This document shows, piece by piece, positions 17,444-27,000 of a stretch of 44,910 nucleotides of DNA (its first letter is position 1; each line of letters starts with the position of its first letter). The stretch lies in the sequence record SRR22947725_1148. One strand, 5' to 3'. A program made the translations under genes and the position numbers. Under the pieces are notes generated by a model. That model had not been told where the DNA came from and searched no databases. It saw only the letters and a list, made by a program, of their open reading frames with translations.

Positions 17444-19288
17444 TTATTCAACAGTAACAGATTTGGCTAAGTTACGGGGTTTATCGACATCCAATCCCCG
17501 TAGTCGAGCAAAATGATAGGCAAATAGTTGAAGAGGTAAATTAGCTAAAATGGGTCGAATTACCTCATGAGCATCAGGAATACGAAAAATGTCATCCGCT
17601 GCTTCCGGAGGAATTTCCACAGATTGAGGTGCAATCGCTAGCACAGGCCCTTTCCGTGCTTTTACTTCCTGCATATTCGCAATGGTCTTTGAGGAGAGTT
17701 CTGTCCCTTCCACAATAAAAACAGAAGGACATTCTGGATTAATAAGGGCGATTGGCCCATGTTTTAATTCAGCTGCCGGGTAACCTTCCGCATGGGCATA
17801 GGATATCTCTTTCAACTTGAGAGCACCTTCGAGTGCAACTGGATAAAGACTTTGCCGGCCCAGAAAAAGCAAGTGTTCTGCCTTGGAATACTTAATCGCA
17901 AGTTCTTTAATTTGATCGCCCTTTTGCAAAACTTCTTCGACTAATTTTGGCAATTTATTCAGTCCATCCACAATGGCCTGTCCATCCGTTGGTGAAAGGT
18001 CGCGCATTCGACCGAGAGCAAGCCCAAGCATCGCACATAGGCAAGCCTGTGAGGAAAATGCCTTGGTGGAGGCAACTCCGATTTCCGGGCCAACACGTTG
18101 GTAAACTCCACCATCAGTCTCTCGTGCGAGGGATGAGCCAACAACATTGGTAATCCCCAATGTTAAGAGACCTTTTGTTTTTGCCTCCCGAACGGCTTCA
18201 AGAGTGTCCAGAGTCTCTCCCGATTGGCTCACTGCAATAACCAAAGAATTTCCCGCTTTGGGTGAATTCCGGTAACGAAATTCGGACGCATGCTCAACTT
18301 CAACTGGTACACGGGCTAACTTTTCAATTAAATATTCGCCTACCATGCATGCATGCCGAGCCGTTCCACAAGCAACGAAAATAATGCGGTCTAAGTTTCG
18401 CAACTCATCTTCGTGCCCTTCCAGTCCCCCTAACTTGGCAGTTGTTCCATCTTCTCCAAATCGACCACGAAGTGTATTTTCTAAGGCCTTGGGTTGCTCG
18501 TATATTTCCTTTTCCATGTAGGAGTCATAATCCCCCAGTTCGACTTCTTCAGAGATCTGCTCAACAGGATGTGAAATTGCTTGGGTTTCTTGTCCCTCCA
18601 TCGTTGAAATCCGAAACTCATTACCTTTAAGAATGGCTAATTCGCCATCGTTTAGGAAAACTGCCTCTTTCGCACGACCCACAAATGCCGAGGCATCACT
18701 GGCAATAAAATTGGCATCTTCACCCAATCCTACAACAAGAGGCGAACCCCGTCTTGCACCAATCATAGTTTCCGGATAATCCAAGCATAACACAGCAATC
18801 CCGTACGCGCCTCGGCATTGAGGAAGTGCAGAGCGCACTGCATCGATAAACCTGTCTTCTCCTTCCGGTAATTCTGAATAATGATAGGCAATAAGATTGC
18901 ATAAAACCTCAGAATCAGTTTCTGAAACAAAACTAATTCCTTTACCCGCAAGAAATTTCTTAAGAGTTCCAAAGTTTTCAATCACTCCATTGTGAACCAT
19001 CACAAATTTTCCGTCTTGGCTCATATGAGGATGAGTATTTGAAACGGTAACCGCGCCGTGTGTTGCCCAACGGGTATGGGCAATACCAAGAGAAGAGGAA
19101 GAAGCCTTTTTATGAACCGATTCCGCTAAATTCTTCACCCTGCCTGTTTCACGGGCCATCGAAAATTCATTTCCTTCGTGAAATGCAACCCCTGCTGAAT
19201 CATAACCCCGATACTCAAGTCTTTTGAGACCATCTATCAGTGATTCTTGGGCTGCACCTTTACCTAAATATCCAATTATTCCACACAT
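17444..19288 (-). CDS. glmS: Glutamine--fructose-6-phosphate aminotransferase (isomerizing)
   Basis: MCGIIG with N-terminal catalytic Cys (so the start is ATG 19288), LEYRGYDSAG, GIAHTRWATHG, SQSGET, GPEIGVASTKAF, ELKHGP, DKPRNLAKSVTVE. Confidence 0.98.
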   Translation of the reverse strand: MCGIIGYLGKGAAQESLIDGLKRLEYRGYDSAGVAFHEGNEFSMARETGRVKNLAESVHKKASSSSLGIAHTRWATHGAVTVSNTHPHMSQDGKFVMVHNGVIENFGTLKKFLAGKGISFVSETDSEVLCNLIAYHYSELPEGEDRFIDAVRSALPQCRGAYGIAVLCLDYPETMIGARRGSPLVVGLGEDANFIASDASAFVGRAKEAVFLNDGELAILKGNEFRISTMEGQETQAISHPVEQISEEVELGDYDSYMEKEIYEQPKALENTLRGRFGEDGTTAKLGGLEGHEDELRNLDRIIFVACGTARHACMVGEYLIEKLARVPVEVEHASEFRYRNSPKAGNSLVIAVSQSGETLDTLEAVREAKTKGLLTLGITNVVGSSLARETDGGVYQRVGPEIGVASTKAFSSQACLCAMLGLALGRMRDLSPTDGQAIVDGLNKLPKLVEEVLQKGDQIKELAIKYSKAEHLLFLGRQSLYPVALEGALKLKEISYAHAEGYPAAELKHGPIALINPECPSVFIVEGTELSSKTIANMQEVKARKGPVLAIAPQSVEIPPEAADDIFRIPDAHEVIRPILANLPLQLFAYHFARLRGLDVDKPRNLAKSVTVE

Positions 19289-19456
19289 TACTAAATTCAT
19301 AGAGGTTCACAATAAAAGGTTCAAACTCTAAACTCTTTATTTTAATGAGCAAAAAATCTGCAAATTTATAAATTTTCAGGGGTAAAGTTTCTACAATTTA
19401 CAAAGATTTATTTAATTTCCTCGCAACTTATTCCAAAGCCTTTCAATACATGGAAA

Positions 19457-21067
19457 GTGAAAACGATTTGGTTACAATTAATTATTTTAAAAGTATTTTG
19501 TTTTGGTTCCTCTCTCATAACTATTGGAAGTGAAAAACCGAACTTTATTATGATTGTTTCAGAAAGTCATCCTACAAGTGCAGTGGGTTCTTACAAGGGA
19601 TATTTATCTGATATAAATCCCACGCCCAACCTAGATTTAATTTCGCAAAAAAGTAGCGTATTTACGAATGCCTTCTGTACAAATGCAGTTTCTGGTCCTA
19701 GCTCGGCAGTAATTTTAACCGGAAAACATTCCCATATAAATGGATTTATCCAGAACGGTAATAAATTCAACACATCCCAAAACTATCTACCAAAAATTTT
19801 ACAAGAAATAGGGTACCAAACCGCACTCTTTGGTAGATGGGATCTCGGTACAGAACCAAAGTATTTTGATAACTGGTCCATATTAGCAGATCCAGCAGAA
19901 AAATATAACCCCGAGTTTTTAAACTCAAAAAGTCAAAAAAGAATTGAAGGACATTCAACTGACATTATTACAGATTTGGCTCTAGATTGGTTACATAAAA
20001 AGAGAAATGAAAAGCCCTTCTTCCTACTGATTCAATTTAATGCCACCAACAATCCCTGGATGCCTGCGATTCGGCATTTGAGGCTTTATGATGATAAACT
20101 TTTACCAGAACCTCTTAATTTCATTGATGAACACGCCGGAAAAGCCAGTCCCGCCCGCTATCAATCAATGGAAATCAAACAAGACCTCAAACTTTCAAAT
20201 GATCTTTTTTTTCCATCCGAACAGTCAGATGGTAATCAATCAAATGAGACGGAGAATTCAAATAGCCAAAAGAACTTGAATCTTATGACCCCCGAGCAAC
20301 ACTCGGCATGGACGCTCTCCTGGAGACCAAAAAATGAAGCGTTCCTTAGAGAAAATCAATCCAAGGAGAATATTTTACAATGGAAATTTCAACGCTTCAC
20401 CAAAAACTACCTTCGGTGCGTCAGTGGAATTGACGAGAATATCAAAAGAATTAATGATTCTTTAACCGCAACTAATAACACTAGTGCCTTCTTTGTTTAC
20501 ACATCGAACCATGGCCGCTTTTTGGGTGAACATGGATGGTTTGGGTCCAGGTGGATCTATGAAGAATCGAGTAAAATTCCTCTTATCATAAGAAAACCTT
20601 TAGGTTTATCCTCCCCTAAGACAGTATCTTCGCTTGTACAGAATATTGATCTTGCCCAAACAATTCTCGACTATGCCGGCTTTCAAGAAGGCAAAGGGAT
20701 GCAGGGAAAGTCAATGAGTCAATTGTTAGATAATGAAGATTCAAATAATACATGGAGGAACTCAATTTATTTCCATCACAATGAATTCCCGGGCGATCAA
20801 ATGATTGCAAAACATTATGGCATTCGAACCCTCAAACATAAATTAATTCATTTTTATCAATTCGATGAATGGGAATTTTATGATTTGGAAAATGACCCCA
20901 CTGAATCCAAAAATCTTTACAGTAAAGAATCCTACAGTTCTGAATTAGAAAAAATGAAACAACTGCTAATCAGGAATCGAACAAAATATTTAGACCGATC
21001 CGATATTTCAATAATGCCGGAAGAATGGAGAAAGATTTATAGAGGGCCTGAAGCTAGAAAAGAATAA
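19457..21067 (+). CDS. Sulfatase-like protein with degenerate active site (probable pseudo-sulfatase), paralog of the next gene
   Basis: Collinear with the 21285-22898 product (FCTN..., TGKHSH, WMPA.RHL.LYDD, WKFQR..KNYLRCV.G.DE, HYGIRT..HKL.HFYQF.EWE.YDL), but the CxPxR motif reads SGPSS and other catalytic residues are changed. Signal-like N-terminus. Confidence 0.88.
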   Translation: MKTIWLQLIILKVFCFGSSLITIGSEKPNFIMIVSESHPTSAVGSYKGYLSDINPTPNLDLISQKSSVFTNAFCTNAVSGPSSAVILTGKHSHINGFIQNGNKFNTSQNYLPKILQEIGYQTALFGRWDLGTEPKYFDNWSILADPAEKYNPEFLNSKSQKRIEGHSTDIITDLALDWLHKKRNEKPFFLLIQFNATNNPWMPAIRHLRLYDDKLLPEPLNFIDEHAGKASPARYQSMEIKQDLKLSNDLFFPSEQSDGNQSNETENSNSQKNLNLMTPEQHSAWTLSWRPKNEAFLRENQSKENILQWKFQRFTKNYLRCVSGIDENIKRINDSLTATNNTSAFFVYTSNHGRFLGEHGWFGSRWIYEESSKIPLIIRKPLGLSSPKTVSSLVQNIDLAQTILDYAGFQEGKGMQGKSMSQLLDNEDSNNTWRNSIYFHHNEFPGDQMIAKHYGIRTLKHKLIHFYQFDEWEFYDLENDPTESKNLYSKESYSSELEKMKQLLIRNRTKYLDRSDISIMPEEWRKIYRGPEARKE

Positions 21068-21123
21068 ATAAACAACTATTTGCCTGTAAAACAGGATAAA
21101 TCCAAACAAAAACATAAAAAAGC

Positions 21124-21151
21124 TTGTAGGATATTAAATATCCCTTATGTT
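21124..21151 (+). promoter_or_regulatory. Candidate sigma70-like promoter with overlapping palindromic operator
   Basis: TTGTAG-N16-TATGTT; the palindrome GGATATT-A-AATATCC (21129-21143) fills most of the spacer. Confidence 0.35.
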
Positions 21152-21173
21152 TATAACAAAGGAATGCATATCC

Positions 21174-21213
21174 TGAAAGGTGTCGTTTGGGAGGACGGCA
21201 CCTTTCATCTTTT
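21174..21213 (+). terminator. Strong intrinsic-terminator-like hairpin
   Basis: TGAAAGGTGTCGTTT-GGGA-GGACGGCACCTTTCA (15-bp stem including three G-U pairs) followed by TCTTTT. Confidence 0.7.
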
Positions 21214-21284
21214 ATTCACATTTTGGGGCTTTTTATTATTGTAATAAAAGAGTTACTAGTAAAAGAATTTTAATTTTTCAAATT

Positions 21285-22898
21285 ATGATCATCCGCAAAA
21301 TGAACTACCTTTTCAAAGCATTACCTTTCCTTTATTTAGTCTTTTTTAACTTGATTCAGGCAAAGGTGGATCGTCCCAATATATTATTTGTCTTTACTGA
21401 TGATCATGCTCCTCATGCAATCGGAGCTTATAATGGATGGTTAAAATCGGTGAACCCGACTCCGGTAATCGATAAACTTGCCCATGACGGTATGCTTTTT
21501 GTAAACAGCTTCTGCACAAATTCAATTTGTGGTCCCAGTCGAGCAGTTATTCAAACTGGAAAGCACAGTCATAAGAATGGGTTTATGAATAACGGAAATA
21601 CTTTTGACTGGAATCAACAAACTTTTCCAAAGCTTCTCCAAAAGGCAGGATACCAAACTGCAATTTATGGAAAAAGTCACCTGAAGGGAAAACCATTAGG
21701 ATATGATGATTGGGCGGTTCTTCCCGGGCAAGGTCTCTATTACAATCCTGATATGATCTTTCCCGATGGGAAAAAACGGGTAGACGGGTATTGCACGGAT
21801 GTGGTGACCGATTTGGCAGTCGAGTGGCTGAAGGAAAAAAGATCCGATAAACAACCATTTATGCTTATGGTTCAACATAAGGCTCCGCATCGGAATTGGA
21901 TGCCTGCCCTGAGGCATTTGTCACTTTATGACGATGTTACAATTCCTGAACCACCTACCCTATTCGATGAGTGGAAAGATAATGCACCAGGGGCAAGGCT
22001 GCAGGAACTGGAAATCGATCGGCATATGGATTTAAATTACGATCTATTCGTAGATTTGACTCCTGAATTTAATCAACCCCCTTCCCAATTAAGACAGGAC
22101 CGGTCCGCTTGGCACAACATGAAAAGAATGAGCCCCGAACAACTTAAGGCATGGAGGGCCCACTATGCACCGAGAGATGAAGCTTTTCGAAAGGCCAAAC
22201 TTTCGGGTAAAGATCTCATCCGTTGGAAATTTCAAAGATATGCGAAAAACTACCTTCGATGTGTGAAGGGAGTCGATGAAAGCGTAGATCGACTCCAAAA
22301 AGAACTTACCCGACTAGGTTTAGATCAAAATACGATAGTCATCTATTCATCCGATCAAGGATTCTATATTGGAGATCATGGGTGGTATGATAAAAGGTGG
22401 ATGTATGAGGAATCCCTTAAAATGCCTCTCATTGTCAAATGGCCAGGTGTAATCAAGCCGGGCAGTCGTGAAACTGAATTGGTGCAGAACTTGGATTATG
22501 CGCAAACATTTCTTGAAATCGCCGGTGCCACCCAACCTAAGGATATGCAGGGTCTTTCATTAGTGCCCTTGATGAAAGGGGAAAAGCCTAAAAAATGGAG
22601 AAGCGAGATTTACTATCATTATTACGAATATCCAAGCGTCCACATGGTTCCACGCCATTATGGTATTCGTACCAAGCGGCACAAACTCATGCACTTCTAT
22701 CAGTTTAAAAATGAATGGGAAATGTACGATCTTAACAAAGATCCTGACGAACTTTCTAATCTTTATGGAAAAAAAGAAACCATGAAATTACAAAATAAGC
22801 TCAAGCAAAGGCTAAAAAATTTACAAAAGTCTTACGAAGATGAGAGTGATATGTCCGTTCGGGAGGACTATATCAAAGAGTTCAGAAAAAAATCCTAA
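21285..22898 (+). CDS. Cys-type S1 sulfatase, N-acetylglucosamine-6-sulfatase-like, with DUF4976-type C-terminus
   Basis: RPNILFVFTDDH, NSICGPSRAVIQTGKHSH, GKSHL, HKAPHRNW, SSDQGFYIGDHGWYDKRWMYEESL. Start is likely ATG 21285 or 21300 (signal peptide), not GTG 21180. Confidence 0.93.
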   Translation: MIIRKMNYLFKALPFLYLVFFNLIQAKVDRPNILFVFTDDHAPHAIGAYNGWLKSVNPTPVIDKLAHDGMLFVNSFCTNSICGPSRAVIQTGKHSHKNGFMNNGNTFDWNQQTFPKLLQKAGYQTAIYGKSHLKGKPLGYDDWAVLPGQGLYYNPDMIFPDGKKRVDGYCTDVVTDLAVEWLKEKRSDKQPFMLMVQHKAPHRNWMPALRHLSLYDDVTIPEPPTLFDEWKDNAPGARLQELEIDRHMDLNYDLFVDLTPEFNQPPSQLRQDRSAWHNMKRMSPEQLKAWRAHYAPRDEAFRKAKLSGKDLIRWKFQRYAKNYLRCVKGVDESVDRLQKELTRLGLDQNTIVIYSSDQGFYIGDHGWYDKRWMYEESLKMPLIVKWPGVIKPGSRETELVQNLDYAQTFLEIAGATQPKDMQGLSLVPLMKGEKPKKWRSEIYYHYYEYPSVHMVPRHYGIRTKRHKLMHFYQFKNEWEMYDLNKDPDELSNLYGKKETMKLQNKLKQRLKNLQKSYEDESDMSVREDYIKEFRKKS

Positions 22899-22899
22899 A

Positions 22900-23943
22900 T
22901 TAAATATTTAGCTGCTTACCATCCGATATTAACTCAATAATACTCGGATGAAGCCAATCCTTCAATGACCATTTCTTGGCAAGTACTCGATAACGATTTG
23001 GCTTTTTATGCAGACTCGGTTCGTAGTCAGTATAAAATGCAGTAAGCAAATTTCCTTTTTTATCTAACAAAACTGTCGATGGATAACCGATGTCCTTAGC
23101 TTCAGATCCAAACTGATGAATGACCCAAGGCGGTCTCCAAGTGATACCTCCATCAATGCTAATCCTCGCACCGATTCCCATAAGCCCGCGATTACGAATT
23201 CCATAGGTCATCAAGAGGCATTTCTCAGAAAGGATCGTTAAGTCAGCTGGATGCTGCATTGGTAAAGTAAGAGGACCTTTATCTTTCCACCTTTTCCCCT
23301 GGTTTGAAAGTTCACAAAGTTTTACATGGTGATCAATATGTGTCCTCGTTGCGGCGAGCACTCGTCCATCCTCTAGCTTACATAATGTAGCTTCATTAGA
23401 ATCATTAGATCCGAACTTTAAAGACCGTGTCCATGTTTCACCATCATCTTCGGAAATAATCATCCATGTTTCACTTGGATTTCCTTGCCCATGTGATCGA
23501 TAAGATGAATATGCCAATTCCTTATTCTCTAATTGTATGACTCGACCAAAGGGAATAGTGGATTCAATTCCTTTTGGAACAACAGGATTACTTTGGACCT
23601 CCCAAGACTTACCCCGGTCCTTTGATCTAGATAACCAATGACCTGAAAACCCGACAAATTTTTCATCTTTAACAAAAAAGCCGCTGTTAAAGCAGAGCAA
23701 ATCTCCATTATGTGCCTGACCAACTGCTAAATGCATCCGGTTTCCACCCTTCGGCTTTTTCGCAACTACCGATAATTTTTTCCATTTTTTCCTATTGCGA
23801 TCACTAAGAGAGCAAACCAAGTCACCTTCCATCAGTCCATGGCTAGGGGCATTAAAATAAGTACAAAGAACTTGCCCGTTGTTTAACTTGATAAGGTTAG
23901 GCCAACCACATGCGTTTGTTGCAATTACTACAAGTTGATTCAT
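22900..23943 (-). CDS. BNR/Asp-box beta-propeller, sialidase-like glycoside hydrolase; no signal peptide
   Basis: Asp-boxes RSKDRGKSW, ISEDDGETW, ISIDGGITW; PFGRVIQL, NEATL...DGRVLAATR, HPADL, DIGYPSTV. Confidence 0.8.
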   Translation of the reverse strand: MNQLVVIATNACGWPNLIKLNNGQVLCTYFNAPSHGLMEGDLVCSLSDRNRKKWKKLSVVAKKPKGGNRMHLAVGQAHNGDLLCFNSGFFVKDEKFVGFSGHWLSRSKDRGKSWEVQSNPVVPKGIESTIPFGRVIQLENKELAYSSYRSHGQGNPSETWMIISEDDGETWTRSLKFGSNDSNEATLCKLEDGRVLAATRTHIDHHVKLCELSNQGKRWKDKGPLTLPMQHPADLTILSEKCLLMTYGIRNRGLMGIGARISIDGGITWRPPWVIHQFGSEAKDIGYPSTVLLDKKGNLLTAFYTDYEPSLHKKPNRYRVLAKKWSLKDWLHPSIIELISDGKQLNI

Positions 23944-24037
23944 AAATTCAATAAACTTTACGAAGCGAACTCCATGGTCAATTGCTTATTTAATGTGAGG
24001 GCCTTTTACAAAACCCCCGAAAATATTATTTCCAAAT

Positions 24038-24065
24038 TTGACAATAGCTCCATTTATGGAATCCT
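24038..24065 (+). promoter_or_regulatory. Candidate sigma70 promoter, possibly giving a leaderless mRNA for the PSD1 gene
   Basis: Perfect TTGACA (24038-24043), 16-nt spacer ending TGG, weak -10 AATCCT ending 7 nt before ATG 24073; no SD. Confidence 0.4.
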
Positions 24066-24072
24066 AAACGTA

Positions 24073-27000
24073 ATGGTTACAAGATATCTAACCCTCATAT
24101 TTTCTTCTTTCTTTTTACTTACTCCGTTAAAAGCGATAAATCAGGCAGAATTTTTTGAATCAAGAATTCGACCTGTGCTGGCAGAAAATTGCTACGATTG
24201 TCACAATAGTATAAATAAATCAAAGTCAGGATTGATTTTAGATTATAAAAATGGACTTATCGAGGGAGGTGATCGAGGGTCAGCAATATCTTTAAAGGAC
24301 CCCAAGGAAAGTTTGTTGCTCAAAGTAATGGGGCATGAAATAAAAAACCTAAAAATGCCTAAGGGAGGACCGAAGCTTTCAGAATCTATAATCTTGGATT
24401 TTGAACAATGGATCTCTAATGGTGCTTATGATCCTAGAGAAAAACCGCCAACTGCAGAGGAATTTGCCAAGGAAACTTCATGGGAAAAAATTCGCGAAAA
24501 AAGAAAGTTGTGGTGGAGCTTTCAACCCGTCCGTACGGTAAATACTTACTCAGCAAAGAAAGAACACCCGGTAGATCAATTTCTTACTAAAAAGATAAAG
24601 GATGCAGGACTAGTGCTAAACAAAAACGAGGAACCTTTATCGATTTTGAGAAGATTATCCTACGCATTAACTGGGCTGCCCCCATCCATTGAAGAACAAA
24701 ATCGCTTCACAGAGTTATCCAAGGAAAACATGGATAAGGCGGTTCATGAATTCAGTGATATAATGCTGAATAGTCCTCAATTTGGAGAAAGGTGGGCTAG
24801 GCATTGGATGGACTGGGTTCGCTATGCAGACTCCCACGGCAGTGAAGGGGACCCCAGGATTCCAAATGCATTCCGCTATCGTAATTACCTAATACGTGCA
24901 CTTAATGCAGACATCAGTTTTGATCAACTTGTCCTTGAGCATATAGCTGGTGATCTAGTCGAAAAGCCAAGGATTAACAAAGTTCTCGGGATTAATGAAT
25001 CTACTATCGGAACAGCGCATCTTCGCTTTGTACTTCATGGCTTTGCTCCAACGGATGCATTGGATGAGCATGTGCGCTTTACCGATGACCAAATTGATAC
25101 CGTAACAAAAACCTTTCTCGGTCTGACCGTATCGTGTGCCCGCTGTCATCACCATAAGTTCGATGCGATCAGCCAGGACGATTATTATGCATTATTCGGT
25201 ATTCTCTCCAACGGTCGGCCTGCACAGAAAGTGATAGATGATCCTTCAACTTTGCATGAGCATAAAGATAAACTTACCTCTCTAAAACAGGAAATTAAGA
25301 ACGAATTCGTACAATCATGGATGGAAATCGATATCGAAAAAAAATTAAAAAATAGTACTCAGAAAATATCGCCTTCCGATCAAGCTCTCGACTTTCTAAT
25401 GCCATGGAAAAAACTTCATACTCTTAAAGCTCAGGAATTCTCAAAGGAGTGGGAACGATTAAAGAAGCAGGTTGAAGAGAGCAGAAACCGAATTGTTTCG
25501 CGTCTCCAGAATTCAAACAAAAATTATTGGAACCTTGGCATACAGGAGACTTACGCAAAATGGAAAAAGAGTGGATCCGGACTGAACGAACATTCAACAA
25601 AAGCAGGGCAATTCTCCCTCAACTTTAAGGGTGAAGAGATAATACATAATATCATGCCAGCTGGTGTTTACACTCATTTATTTAGTACCAAACAAAATGG
25701 AACCCTTTCTTCTCCCCGATTTAAATTTGAAAAAGGCAACCTTTGGATTCGAGTTATCGGAGACAAAGGTACTACCGTTCGATATTCAGTATGGAATTAT
25801 CCGAGAAGAGGAACCGTATACCAAAAATCCTCACCCGAGCCTAAGGTAGAAAAATGGATCCGTTTCAAAACGGACTACTGGGCAGGAGAAACCGGATACC
25901 TCGAAGTAACCACCAGCCGTGACCAGCCAGTAGAAGCAGGAAATGCTGAACGCTCTTGGTTTGGGGTAACAGAGGCTTTTTATGCTCCTCATGATGAACC
26001 TGCACCAAGAGATGAGGTATCTGAAATTCTCTCTCCTTTATTTACCACTTCTTTACCCGCAACAAACTCACAAGATTTAGCAATTCTCTATGCACGAGTA
26101 ATTAAGGATGCAATCAAAGCTTGGGAAGATAATTCCATAACTGATGCTCAAGCTAGAATTCTTAATTCATTAATCAAGCAGGGCATACTACCCAATTCCC
26201 TAAAAAAAGTACCAACCTGTAAAAATTTCATTTCGGAATATCGTAAAATTGAATCCCTGATCAAAGCACCACGCCTAGCTCCAGGATTACTGGACGGAGA
26301 ACCATTTGAACAAGCATTATTCGAAAGAGGAAACCACAAGAAGCCGACGCATAAAGTACCAAGAAGATTTTTAGAGGCGATTGATCCTACCCCCTACCCT
26401 AAGGATTCCATTGGCAGATTAGAATTCGCAAAAGATCTGTTGCGGAAAGATAACCCTTTTACATCCCGGGTGATCGTAAATCGAATTTGGCACCATTTAT
26501 TTGGCCACGGGATTGTCAGAACTCCTGACAACTTCGGAAGATTGGGAGAAAAACCCACACACCCGGAACTCCTAGATTTCCTCGCCACCAAATTTAGGGA
26601 AGATGAGTGGTCTATTAAAAGTATGATCAAGTTTCTTGTTACAACCAAAGCTTTTCGGGCATCTTCAAAACCTTCCGCTAAAGCACAACAGAGCGATCCA
26701 AACAACTTACTACTTTCTCATGCTAATCTCCGCAGGCTAGAAGCCGAAGCGATTCATGACTCCATGCTTTTGGCTTCGGGCAGAATCAAATTAGACAGGG
26801 TTGCTGAAGGTGTCCCCGAACCCTCTAACAGTGTAAGAAGATCGGTTTACAGACAAGTGAAACGGAATTCGTTAGACCCATTTCTATCTGTTTTTGATGC
26901 ACCAGTACCCTCCTCAACCAAAGGCAGGCGTGATATTACAAATGTACCTGCTCAGTCACTTACGCTGATGAATGACCCCCTGGTAATCAGAGCTGCAAGG

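Noticed and set aside
19289-19456. Possible glmS ribozyme upstream of glmS
   Set aside because: The region is short, very AT-rich and shared with a divergent gene; I see no ribozyme core or GC-rich stems.
19457-21067. Calling the degenerate sulfatase a pseudogene or an ordinary Ser-type sulfatase
   Set aside because: There is no stop or frameshift, so it is not a pseudogene on sequence evidence. The motif Arg and the metal/His/Lys residues are also lost, so it is not a normal SxPxR enzyme.
21180-21284. N-terminal extension of the sulfatase from GTG 21180 (likewise extended starts at 3942, 14904, 14920, 19300 and 23935)
   Set aside because: The extensions run through hairpin or promoter DNA, or precede the signal peptide or catalytic N-terminal Cys; downstream ATGs fit better.
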